From a virus (taxonomy: Duplodnaviria; Caudoviricetes), in the IMG/VR virus record IMGVR_UViG_3300015256_000001, positions 1 to 60,381 of that record: a stretch of DNA of 60,381 bases, one strand, 5' to 3'. Under the pieces are notes generated by a model. The model did not search any database. It had not been told where the DNA came from and was given only the letters and a program-made list of their open reading frames with translations. Positions 43,701 through 54,500 of the stretch are shown here, one piece after another. Both the position numbers and the translations under genes were made by a program. Numbering within the stretch: the first letter of the stretch is position 1; every line of letters begins with the position of its first letter.

Positions 43701-45917
43701 TTAGGGGACCGGCTTCTTGAAGATCACGGTATCGTCTTCGGGATTCGCAGGCAAGACGTAGTCCTTGAGCATGACCCAGTTGCGGAAGTAGCTATAGAGG
43801 TTCCCGTTATTGATGTACGCCCCACCAGTGAAGTCAGATGACATCTCCACCGCAGAACTCACGTTAGTAATAGGCGTAACCAAAGTCAGGTCCGTACCAA
43901 CGGACGCATTGCCAATCGGGCCACCCCAGGTAGACTCTATGGCTGTCGCCTGTGCCACAGCCACGCCGCCAGAGATCGCTACCTGCCCTTGCGTGGTGTA
44001 TCGCACTCCGTCTCCTCTGTCCATCTGCGTGTTGTTAGGAATAATCTTCCCTTCCTCGGTGCCGGTAAAAGTTACGGTCCCTGTTGCCGCATAGTGATTC
44101 GCAGAGGTATCCATCTCGTAATCGAAAATGCCGATCTCGTCGCGGATATTCATACCATTCAGCCGACCCCAGGGTGTCTTGTAATAGATCCGAGTTGGTT
44201 CGCGAGTTTCGTCTGCAATCCACAACGAGATCATGTGATACGTTCCAGGAGCCACAGTTTCCCCTGTGAACGTATTCCAGCTCGTGAACGCCGTCTCGTC
44301 TACGTTCAACTGGACTTCCATCCAATACCGTGTCCATGTGCTGTGCTTCACTGGGAACGTAAGATAGTCCTCTGCTCCTTGTCCAGTCGGTTGAAGATTT
44401 GTGAGGTCCGAATCCATGCCAGCCGGTGCTGGCCCAATGTAGGACCGCATGCTCACGACTATAACATCTGAACACGATCCAGATGCGGGCCCCCCACCTG
44501 TGATGTACTGCTCTTTCACCTCAACTGTGATACCCCCGTCACCAGTGTTTGCGCCAGCGTTGAGAAACCGAAGCCGATATTGCTTGTGAACGAGTTGGGG
44601 CGAGATATTGAGCAAACCGCCGGTACATGATACGTGTCGCCATTCTGGACCGTGCCAGACATCCCACACGAACAAAACGACACCAGTGTCTTCATGCACT
44701 GGCATGTGCATATGCGATCCCAGTACTTGGGCTGTCTGCGTGAGTGATATTCGAGCCGGAACCCATGTGAGCTTTGCCGCGTCTTGCGGATTCTCATAGG
44801 TATCGGTGCCGAACTCGTACGTAAACGCGTTCCCGTTACCAACGTCTACGGCCTCTATATCCGGTTGCGTCCTCAACGAGTGATGATCTTCTGCTGCAAC
44901 CTCTGGGAGATCGATCAGTGTCTCAAAGAAATCGTGTGGCCCCTCCGCGCTGCCAGACGCGAAGGTCAAGTTGAACGGCTGTGTGTCGGACGTCATCGCA
45001 GAATCAGTCACCCTGGCGACAAACGAGCACACCCCGGCTCCCACCCCACTGGTCCACGACACCAGCCCACCGGCTGAAATGGACGTCGCGGCGCACTGAG
45101 CATCCGCGTCGTTCAACGTAGTCCCAGCTCCGTCATTCGTCCACACGTTCGACCCAGCCCCACCAGTGGCACTTAACTGCCGCTCGTCTGCTACGCCCTC
45201 TGTGCCGTTAGTAAGGCTGGTCTGATCGATGAGGAGCGGCGGCAACAGCGTCACGGTGATCTCGGCCGTTCCCGCATTCGCGGCCTGATCAACGGCAGTA
45301 ATCGTGAGGATATTCTCGCCCACCGTTAACGGAATCAATGCGCTCCATGCCGGTGTGCCACCCGTCGCATTCCCGCTCCCGCCAGTCGAATTAACCCAAG
45401 ACACACCCGTCACACCCACATTGTCTGTGGACGTGCCTTCGATGGGATACGGAGACACTGAAACAGTATCCGTGGGATCTGTTGTCGGTTCCAAAATCTC
45501 GACGATAGGATCGGTCATATCGTCTTCGGTGTAGGTAATTTCAATGGCGTCCGTGATCGGCGTGTCCATCGCCGCATCATGCGGTGTTACCGTCACGACA
45601 TTCTCACCGACTGCGAGCGTCACGCTGAAGGACCAGTTAGCGGTCCCATCAGCTGTGCCACTCGTCACGCTGCATTCAGGACACGCCCAGGTCACGGACG
45701 TGCAGGCGGTATTGTCCACACACGTCCCTTCAATGACCACAACCTCTGTCGAGACACCTATCGTCGGGCTTGTCGTCGGCACCGTGATGAACGCCAGTGG
45801 AGACGTCGGGCCTTCCTCCAACGGGAGCCGCGCAAACCTGGGACGAAGCAAATCCTGAGCGAACGTAGACCCGCTCAACCCGACAAGCATCAAGAGCCAC
45901 ATCCAACGCATATTCAT
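43701..45917 (-). CDS. Exported multi-Ig-domain protein with a lectin-like C-terminal region and a baseplate-J-like insert
   Basis: Signal peptide MNMRWMWLLMLVGLSGSTFA; two G...DN..V.W..GEN repeats; ATGTVTFTG..FTGG insert. Confidence 0.7.
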   Translation of the reverse strand: MNMRWMWLLMLVGLSGSTFAQDLLRPRFARLPLEEGPTSPLAFITVPTTSPTIGVSTEVVVIEGTCVDNTACTSVTWACPECSVTSGTADGTANWSFSVTLAVGENVVTVTPHDAAMDTPITDAIEITYTEDDMTDPIVEILEPTTDPTDTVSVSPYPIEGTSTDNVGVTGVSWVNSTGGSGNATGGTPAWSALIPLTVGENILTITAVDQAANAGTAEITVTLLPPLLIDQTSLTNGTEGVADERQLSATGGAGSNVWTNDGAGTTLNDADAQCAATSISAGGLVSWTSGVGAGVCSFVARVTDSAMTSDTQPFNLTFASGSAEGPHDFFETLIDLPEVAAEDHHSLRTQPDIEAVDVGNGNAFTYEFGTDTYENPQDAAKLTWVPARISLTQTAQVLGSHMHMPVHEDTGVVLFVWDVWHGPEWRHVSCTGGLLNISPQLVHKQYRLRFLNAGANTGDGGITVEVKEQYITGGGPASGSCSDVIVVSMRSYIGPAPAGMDSDLTNLQPTGQGAEDYLTFPVKHSTWTRYWMEVQLNVDETAFTSWNTFTGETVAPGTYHMISLWIADETREPTRIYYKTPWGRLNGMNIRDEIGIFDYEMDTSANHYAATGTVTFTGTEEGKIIPNNTQMDRGDGVRYTTQGQVAISGGVAVAQATAIESTWGGPIGNASVGTDLTLVTPITNVSSAVEMSSDFTGGAYINNGNLYSYFRNWVMLKDYVLPANPEDDTVIFKKPVP

Positions 45918-46678
45918 CGTCCCCTCGCCATCAGTGTGGACAGCGACGGCGCACGCCCGCCTGCCGCTGGTGCAATAAATGAGGCCGCGCAGTTCGCCAC
46001 AGTCCGCCCGGTTGCCGATGACCATGTGATGGTATCTGCGGACAATGCGGTGGCCCCGCTGTAGTACTGCGACACGGTATCCCCCACCGAGAAATCTCCA
46101 GCTAATGTGATGAAGTCTGGAGTCGTCGTCGTCGTTGGTGTGAATGTGCCCAACGCGCTGTTTCCAACCATGATCGTGTAGACGAAGACATCCGATGCCG
46201 TGGTCATCGACACCGCAGCCGCGTGAGTCGTGTTGTTTCCAGATTCAGCCACAGAGTCCGTCTGGTTTAGCGGTGCGGTCAAATGTGCCCCCAGCACCTC
46301 CACCCACTGGGCGCGTGATGCGCCGTTGCCGTTCGACACGGTGACCGTAATCGTGAGCGCACCGGCTGTGGTAACTATATTGGGTGCGTAGAAAATCTGG
46401 CAATGGCGCGATGGCGTTGCGCCAGACGTATTCGCGCTCAGTACCGCCGATGACCATGTGTTCACCCCGTCTGAGAGGCTATAGGCCTGATCGGCGTCAC
46501 CGCCTGGCTGTCCAATGCCGACGACGAGCGTGCTGCCGTCCGTCAACATCGTAGGCGAAATATCGTACGTCGTCGTTCCGTTGACTGCGGCATGCTGCCC
46601 CAATGTTGGCGCCGCTGCCTGCAACACCACACTCCACGAGAGCAGGGCTACTCCTACTGTAATATAGAGTCTACGCAT
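45914..46678 (-). CDS. Exported beta-rich (fibre/adhesin-like) protein
   Basis: Signal peptide MRRLYITVGVALLSWSVVLQA; T/S/G-rich. Confidence 0.7.
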   Translation of the reverse strand: MRRLYITVGVALLSWSVVLQAAAPTLGQHAAVNGTTTYDISPTMLTDGSTLVVGIGQPGGDADQAYSLSDGVNTWSSAVLSANTSGATPSRHCQIFYAPNIVTTAGALTITVTVSNGNGASRAQWVEVLGAHLTAPLNQTDSVAESGNNTTHAAAVSMTTASDVFVYTIMVGNSALGTFTPTTTTTPDFITLAGDFSVGDTVSQYYSGATALSADTITWSSATGRTVANCAASFIAPAAGGRAPSLSTLMARGR

Positions 46679-46689
46679 GTTATTGCCCC

Positions 46690-47955
46690 TTACTTGTAGG
46701 TGTAGAGCAATTTCACATCGTTTGCGCCAACTTCATCGGTATTATCGTATGCCTCACCCGTGACGACCCAGCATTTCAACCCCACGCTGAAGCTCATACC
46801 TCGCGGGAAGTTCATGCCACTGATGCCAGCACCAGCCGCGTTGCCTGGAAGAGCGATATCAATATCCGTTGCCGCTGCCAACGTGTCTGTGCCTGGCGCG
46901 CCGTCGCCCTCCTCGTCTTGATTCTCACAGCGCAGGAATGCGACGGTTGCCGCATGATTCGTCGCGGTGATGCTCCAGAGCGTACACGGAGCCGCGCAGA
47001 CCACATGCTCGTCCTCAGTCATCGCATCAGTGGTGTAGGTGTAGTGGCTCGCCGCCGTCTCGGCGTTGTCGATGATCTGGAGCGCCGTCAAGATCAAGGC
47101 TCCCACATCCGCACTGCCGGCCACGTTGCTCAGCGTCACGATTGGGCTACCCGACACCGTCATCGCCATGCGCGCCGACTGCCCCTCCGCCACCACGTTG
47201 GGGAGCGCACCCCCGTCAATCACCTTTGCCTCACCCTGAATACCAGGTCCAGTGGCAATGACTCCACCGCCATGGACGGACTCAGGCGCCAACGCCGCCT
47301 CAATGGCCTCAACCGCTGACGCTGTCAGCCCCGTGTTCGTTTCGATGTCCACCAGGTACCCGGCGATGGCGAGCGTATACCCCTCCAGCAGATCCGTGTT
47401 CGCTTCCAGGGTGTCCGTGTTCGCTTCCAAGCTGTCCACTGCCGCCAGCACCTTGATCTGGGTCGCTTCCGTGGTGTCGCTCGAGCCGGCTCCGCCTGCC
47501 CCACCGCCACCCCCGCCGCCTGCGCTAGAGGCCCGTAGCGTCACCTTGGCCATCCCCGATGTCGCAGTCGTGAGGCACGCGAGAAATGAGCGGTACCCGG
47601 CCACTGGTGCGCCCCAGATGCCGTTGCCGGTCGTGGTGTTGACGGCCGACCCTGGCGTCTCGGCCGTGGCCGCATCCACGATGCTTCTCGTCCCATCGTT
47701 CCCTTGTACGTAGAAGGTGATGGTGCCGGCCCATGTCCCGGTCACCTCAATCGTGCCCGTGCCCATGTCGGACACGTCAAGGGTAGTGCATTCGTTCGTG
47801 GAGTCCAGCTCACGCGTGGAGTCGGCAGACTTCTGCGCCTCTGCCACGATGGGCCACAGGGCCACCAGCGCCGCCAGGATGATCCATGCCACGATTTCCG
47901 CGCCAAGACCCCTCACGCCTACGTGTGTCTGCTTCGTCATCAGTCCTACTCCCAT
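46690..47955 (-). CDS. Exported/anchored fibre-like protein
   Basis: Hydrophobic N-segment ending AEA-Q; Gly linker; LEANTD heptads; GTWAGTITF domain; start may be 47940. Confidence 0.7.
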   Translation of the reverse strand: MGVGLMTKQTHVGVRGLGAEIVAWIILAALVALWPIVAEAQKSADSTRELDSTNECTTLDVSDMGTGTIEVTGTWAGTITFYVQGNDGTRSIVDAATAETPGSAVNTTTGNGIWGAPVAGYRSFLACLTTATSGMAKVTLRASSAGGGGGGGAGGAGSSDTTEATQIKVLAAVDSLEANTDTLEANTDLLEGYTLAIAGYLVDIETNTGLTASAVEAIEAALAPESVHGGGVIATGPGIQGEAKVIDGGALPNVVAEGQSARMAMTVSGSPIVTLSNVAGSADVGALILTALQIIDNAETAASHYTYTTDAMTEDEHVVCAAPCTLWSITATNHAATVAFLRCENQDEEGDGAPGTDTLAAATDIDIALPGNAAGAGISGMNFPRGMSFSVGLKCWVVTGEAYDNTDEVGANDVKLLYTYK

Positions 47956-47964
47956 GTGGGTATT

Positions 47965-48228
47965 CTAACCCTTCTCATCCGTAGCGTGGTCACAACGAAA
48001 CACTTTTTGGATCCCAGCCGCCTGGTCTTCCCACTTGGTCCACGACGCGAGCGCGTGTGTGGCCATCTTCGCCTCCGCCAGGACTGTGGACAACTGCGCC
48101 ATCAGTACCGCATGGCGCTTCTCGTCCCGGAGGTTCCTCGCCCGGATCTCGCAGCAGACACGGAGATACCCGTGTGCCACGACGAGAATTAGGACGGCGA
48201 TCAAAAGTGTGTCAATCGAATCACCCAT
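47965..48228 (-). CDS. Membrane protein (holin-like)
   Basis: N-terminal TM LLIAVLILVV followed by a coiled coil. Confidence 0.5.
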   Translation of the reverse strand: MGDSIDTLLIAVLILVVAHGYLRVCCEIRARNLRDEKRHAVLMAQLSTVLAEAKMATHALASWTKWEDQAAGIQKVFRCDHATDEKG

Positions 48229-48249
48229 TGAGGCCTCTCTTTCTGTATG

Positions 48250-48582
48250 TCAACGCCTACTAATGGGGGGAGCTTCACGAATCGCGACGACCGGAGCAGG
48301 GCCGTCCGCGTCAGGCACGAGACGGAGCATCTCGAGCCGGTCAACTCTGCGGTGGAGGGACTCCAGCACGAGCGTGTTCTCACGCATCACGCTGATGACC
48401 TCCCGGACCACCGCCAGCAATTCCTTCGTCGAGGCTTGCCACAGTTCGGTGAACTGCTTCACGTCCCTGCGGTAGAAGAAGAACAGCAGGGCTGCCATGC
48501 TTCCGCCGACACCGAGGCTCGCGAGGTACTTGGAGAACTCGACGTCGATATCCATAGCGGTCATCACCTCTTGAAGGGCCAT
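48250..48582 (-). CDS. Holin-like membrane protein
   Basis: LASLGVGGSMAALLFFFYRRD..VMRENT. Confidence 0.55.
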   Translation of the reverse strand: MALQEVMTAMDIDVEFSKYLASLGVGGSMAALLFFFYRRDVKQFTELWQASTKELLAVVREVISVMRENTLVLESLHRRVDRLEMLRLVPDADGPAPVVAIREAPPISRR

Positions 48583-48586
48583 GGTA

Positions 48587-51500
48587 TCAGTCCGTTTCCG
48601 GCTGAGGTGACGGTAATGGGCGCCGGCCTAGCGCCACCCTCGAGACGTCGATCATCTGGTTGCGGATGTTCCTAATCGCCGCCTGCTTCGCCTCTGGTTT
48701 CATCACGGCCGCCGGCAACGCCTGGAGAGACTTGATCCGCTTGCCAAGCACGCCAACGCGGTCCACCGCCAGCCGGATGTAGCGGGCGCGCTCCAGTGGG
48801 AGATCCGTCTCGGCTACCTGCTTGTCGGCAGCCTCATTGTTCCCCCTGGCCCGCTTCGACCGCACGGACGCCGTCAGTGTCTCGTAGGCCCTGGCGAGGT
48901 CGTAGAGGTCGCCGACGCTCTGCCCTGAGCCCATCATCTCGCCCGTGTCGTAGACCGTCCCGACCACCGGCAGATCGCGCATGGGGTCGAAGGACTTTGG
49001 CGTCTCGCCCTTCGCGAGGCCCACGACTGCATCTACGGCCTTGGCTGACGTGCGCCCCACTGACGTGGTCCAGCCGAACAGGATGTGGTCGATCTGGGCC
49101 GGGCTGAAGATTGGCAGGATCTTCTGAATGGTCTTCGCCGTCTCGGTCGTCCACTGCGAGTACTGGTCCTCGAGCGGTAGCCCTTGCACTTCCCATGGAC
49201 TCACAATCGGTGCATCGCGAAAGGCGGAGTAGTTCGCGAATGCCTCCAGGACCGGCATGATGGCTGTCGGCATCATGTTCAGCACGGTGCGCTTCGCGAA
49301 GTCTGGATCGTCGAAACCAGGGAACCAGTCCTCCTGCATCTGCTTGAACCGCTGCGGGTCGCCCTTCTTCATGTAGTCGAGCCCGGCCTCCATGATGTCG
49401 CCAGCGTAGGCGTAGTCGAACGGCTTGGCGATCTTGGCGTACCCTTCCGTCCCTGGCAGCTTGATGAACCAGTAGGCGTGCTTCTCCCACTCCGGCTTTT
49501 CCTCGTACTCCTTGTCGTCGCCTCGAAGGAACCAGAGAGCAGCCGAGAAGAACGCGATCGTGCCCAGCTTCAACAGCGTTCCCTCTGGGTCACGCTTGAA
49601 CGTCTCGCCCATTCGGACCCAGGACTGCACCTTCGCGTTGAGGAAGGCCTTGAACTGGCTGAACTCCTTCACGATGGTGCCGCCACGCTGGTAGTCCGTC
49701 GAGACGTCACGGGCAGCGAGGGCCGCCCTGGCGAGTATCGAATCGGATGTGCCAGCGTAGTCCTTGTCGCCCTCGAGTAGGCGCCGCATGACGCCACGCT
49801 CTTTGCCGCCAGCCTCCAGAGCCAACTTGAACTCGGCAAACCGTGTCGCCGACTCGACGGCCTGAGAGGCGTGCTGGAGCGCACTCCACGCGACCTTCAT
49901 CAGCTCCAGTGGATTCAGCACCGTCTGCGCCACTGATAACCTTTGGCCACTCAGTTGCCTCACGGCATCCTGCCGGTGACGCCGGTCACTCCCCACGAGC
50001 GCCGCCTGGGACACGCCAGACACGGCGAACAACTTGGCGGCTTCAGAACCTCGCGTCAACTCGATCATCGCAAGCACCTGATCGTAGACAGGAATCAGGC
50101 CGTACTTGGACTGGAGCCATGACACCAGGCTGTCTCGCGTGAAGTTCCTAATGATGAAGCTGGGCGTCGTCGTCGCCGTCGTCCTGAGCACGCTCGCGAC
50201 TCCAGCAAACCCAAGGCGGATGACACCGGCAGCATCACGCGGCCCCATCTGGGTGATCGCCTCGTACAGCCCCGTGTGGTTGACCTGCCAGAACTCCCGC
50301 TTGCCGTTGCGGATGAGCGTCACGATCTGCTCGCCGTTCGGCGCCACGTATGTCGCTGGCGTAAAGACCGTCACGAGCTGCTCAAATGCCTCGCTCAGGT
50401 TGTCGGGCAGATCCTCCATGCCGGCATCCTCGAGCGCCTTTTGGATCTCCTTCGTGAGCCGCGACAACTCGAACGTCGTCGGGATCTTATCCGGCGCCAC
50501 GCGGTCCATCCACTTGCCAGACGAGTGCTTCTTGTCGGTCGCCTTCTCGGCTGCTTCGGCGAGTGCCACCATGGCCCGGTTCTTCTCGACCATGTCCACG
50601 ATTGCGAAGGTGTTTCCTATGATGGACTCCAGTGGCGGTATCACCGTGAGCCCTGATCCGGTGGCCCGCTTGACTGGCACAGTGCGATTCGCCAACCTCC
50701 GAGCGACACCACTGAAGATACCCTCAGTCGCCTCCTGGACCCGCATAAGCGGGACGTATGACTCGTAGGCCAACGTGATCGCCTTGAACTGATCTGTCGA
50801 AAAGGCCCCTCGCGACCTCGCGTATTCGAGTAGCGCACTCTGGTACGCGTAGACCTTCTTGGCGGCTTCCTCGAACTTCGCGAAGTCTGGCCTGGCCCGC
50901 GCCTGGGCGATCATGTCGTCGGCCTGAGCCTTCGTCACGCCTGGGTTCTTCCCAACCTTCAGACGCTCCATCGCATGCACGGCGTAGAGGTAGTGCTCGA
51001 ACTCGGCGAGATGCTCCTTTACGCCTTCCAGGGCATCCGCAAGGCCGTCACTCAACTTCACCGCATCGGGGCCATAGACACCAGTCGTCAGGAACCCTTC
51101 AGCCTGTGAGGCCGATCCTTGGGCGAGGCGCGCGAGCACATACCCATCCGCCGCGTAGTCTCTCGGTTGGCCGCTACTCATGTCATCCATGGCAACGTCA
51201 ACCCAGGTGAACCGATCTATGGTCCTCGCAACCACATCGTGGATAGTAGCCTTCGGGTTCTCGGCCACCGCTCGCGCGAGGGACACGATCTGGTTGTCCC
51301 TAGACCGGTCCATCTTGAGCCGCAACTGGTCAGCCGGCGTCAGCGCCAGATACCCCATGAGCTGCGTCCTGACCCCATGGACCGCGTCACGCAACTTCGG
51401 CTGCTGCTCAAGCCTCCGCTCGAACTCGGCGAAGTACTTGGGCGCCTCATACTCGGCCGCTTCTGGGTCAGACGCATAGAGCACGAAGAACTCTGCCGCG

Positions 51501-54500
51501 CCCTCTTTCCTGACCGTGGGCGGATCATAGCCTGGCATGGACGTGCGCTGCCCAAGTGTCTCTAGCTCACCCTTCCACCGCTTGTCGTGCCTCTTGATCC
51601 TCAAGACGGCAATATCGAAGTCGTGGCCCGCCTCGTGGACGGCGGCCCGGAGATCCTCCGCCACCTTGAGGCGGATCATGCGCGCCCTGTTCTTGTAGAT
51701 TCCGCGCGCCCCACGCATCCCTATGCGGCCGGCTCGAATGGGGACGCGTTCGAGTGCAGCCGTGAGGCTCTTGATGATGGCGGACGGGCTCATCGACGCA
51801 TCGCGTTGTGGCGTTGGCCCTCGCGGCTTGGTGAACGCCGGGACGCCCTGATCGTACTCGCCAGGCATCCGCGACACGTCATCGTCCTCGAACTCGTCCG
51901 GGTCGAACGACGCGTCACCGTCAGCTTCTTCTTCTGAATCTGACTCCACGCCAGATCGCCACGAATCGCGCCACCATGGCGTCCCCGGCTTCATATCGGC
52001 GCGCTTGGCCAACTCACTCGTGCCTGGGTGGGTGACCCCCTTGACACCAACATCGCCAAGGCGGGCAATGTCGTCGAGTGCCGCGAGAAGATCATCCTGC
52101 GTCTCGATGTGACTGAAACGCGGATCCTGCTGGAGGCTCGTCACGATGTCGTCCACGCTGAACCCGGCTTGACGTTTCCCGCTCACCTTGTCGTTCTTCT
52201 TCGTCCGGAACACATTCGGCACGCCACCAAAATTGCCGTATGGCCCGGCCCATTCCCGGAGACGACGCAGTTCTCCAGCCAGCCCACCTCCGCCTTCGGC
52301 CTGAACGCTGATGCCGCCGGCAGCCACGATGGCCTCGAGCAATTCGCGTGGGTTGTATCCGGACTCAGCTACCTCGGCGTCGAGCGATTCGATGAAGTCC
52401 ACGCGAGCCTCGAACTCGGCCCGCACCGCTTCGACGTCTACGTCTGGGTCAACTCGGACGGCGTCGGCGACGATGGCGGCGTAGACGTCTGAGTAGTGGT
52501 CGTCGCGTCTGGCTTTGGCGGCTTTGGCCGACTCGACTCGGCCTGGCGGAGCACTCGCCGCAACGCGACGGACGGGTATACTCCCGTCTTCACGAGGCGT
52601 CTCACTTCTTGCTGGTTGGCTTGGCTCAACATTGGGTGCGTCTCCTCCAAATAATCCGCCCTGGCTACCCTTCGTCGCCGTCGAGGCCTCACTGGATAGG
52701 CTGAACGGCACATCTAGTTGCGGTGTCGGGATGTTCTGCTCACGCACGTTTTCAGCGCCAGCTAGACGCGGCTGCAACTCGCCCGTGTCGAGCACGTCAA
52801 CGACAGGCGCGGAGACTGGCGGCTCAACGGCCGGCGCGGACACGGCCTCTGCTTCAGCCGGCGGCTTGGCTATCTTCCCAGCCGCCGTGACCGCCTCACC
52901 GTACCGATCAATCGCCTTCCCGTAGTCGTCGAACTTGACGAGGCTCACGAGGTTGCCTGAGTCTTCGTCCATCACGCGTATGAAGCCGGCGCGGCCAGAT
53001 TGATACAACTCGTACGACACGCCGTCGATGGATCGGTTTGCCTTCCTGGCCACAGGGCTGCCCATAAGGCTAGAGGCAATCTTCACAGGCGCAGGAGCGT
53101 CTACGGCTGGCGCTGGTTCTATTGGCGCCGCTACCGGCTCAGTGACCGGCGCTGCCGGTGGAGCCGGCGCGAACATCGCATTCGCATCGGCCACCATCGC
53201 CATTGGGTCGCCGTCAGCCACCGACTTGAACCATGCCTTGGACTTGTCGCCATACCGATACCCGGCCCGTTCCATCAACCGGCGCGTGGCGAGATCCGGC
53301 TTCTGATCCTCTGGGAAGGCAATCTCGACCGTCTTCCGCTCTGGGTTGTAGCGCGCAACTGGCCCGGTCGCGATTGGCGCCGCCGGCTCGCTTTGAGGCG
53401 CAGTAGGAGACTCCGGCGCGGGCTGTACCGGTACCGGTATGGGTGCCGTGACTGGGGCCGTGACGGGTGGCTCAACCGCTGGAGGCGCGACAGGCGGTTC
53501 AACCACAGGAGCCGGTGTCGGAGGCTCCCTAACAGGAGTAGGCACTACCGGTGCCGGCGCAGGTTGAATCGGTGGAGCCACCGGAGGCGCGACAGGCTGA
53601 GGCTCAGTCGGCGCGATGGGTGGCGCGACCGGCGTCGGTGCAACCGGCGGAACTACCGTCGCCGCTGGAGGCTGTGCCGGCGTGGCTACTGGAGCCGTCA
53701 GCGCGCTCTTGATCTGCGCTCCGCTGCCCATGACCGCACCGGCAAGCGTGCCCATCACGAGTGCTTGGTCTACGCCGGTTTCCCATGGACGCCCGGCAGC
53801 CTTGTTCTCGAGGATCGTCTCCTGAACCGATTGCGGCAGTTCTTCGAGTACCGCTTCCTGGACGGTGCCGGCCACAACCGCCTTCGTGAGCGACTTACGC
53901 GCGGCTGGGTCCTTGATCGCCGCCGCGAGCATCGTGTCCACATCCACGATCCCCCACGACTTCGCCAGCTTGGCCCCGAGCGCGCCAATGACGCTCGTCC
54001 CAGCACCAGCCGCTACAGATAGAGCCGACTGTGCCGGCGTAAGCGTGCCGTCTGGCGCAGCCTGCCTCAACGAGGACGCCATCTGCCCGGCGGTCACGGC
54101 GCCTTCGCCAGCCGCCGCACTCGCGACGAGTGGTAGCCCAGCCTTAATGAGTCCGCGCGCCACGCCGGCTCCACCCACCATGGATGGCGCTGACTCCACC
54201 ACGTTATGCACGATGGTCGAAGGGTTCTTGATCGCCGCGATGGCCGTCTCGAGGATGCCATCAGCTTCTTCGACTGACCGGTTGGCCTGCTTCTGCTGGT
54301 CGCTGTACCAGCTACTCAGGATCTCCTTCGCGAGGGCTGGTTGGAATCCGACTGATTCGAGCGCCTTGCCGACTCTCCCTCCGGTGGGGATGTCGGCGAG
54401 ACCCACCACGGCCTCTGGGATACCAATCGCGCCCTTGACGGCAGAGATGCCTAGATCCGCGACACGCTCAAGGAATGTTGCCGGCTTAGCCTGTGGCGGC

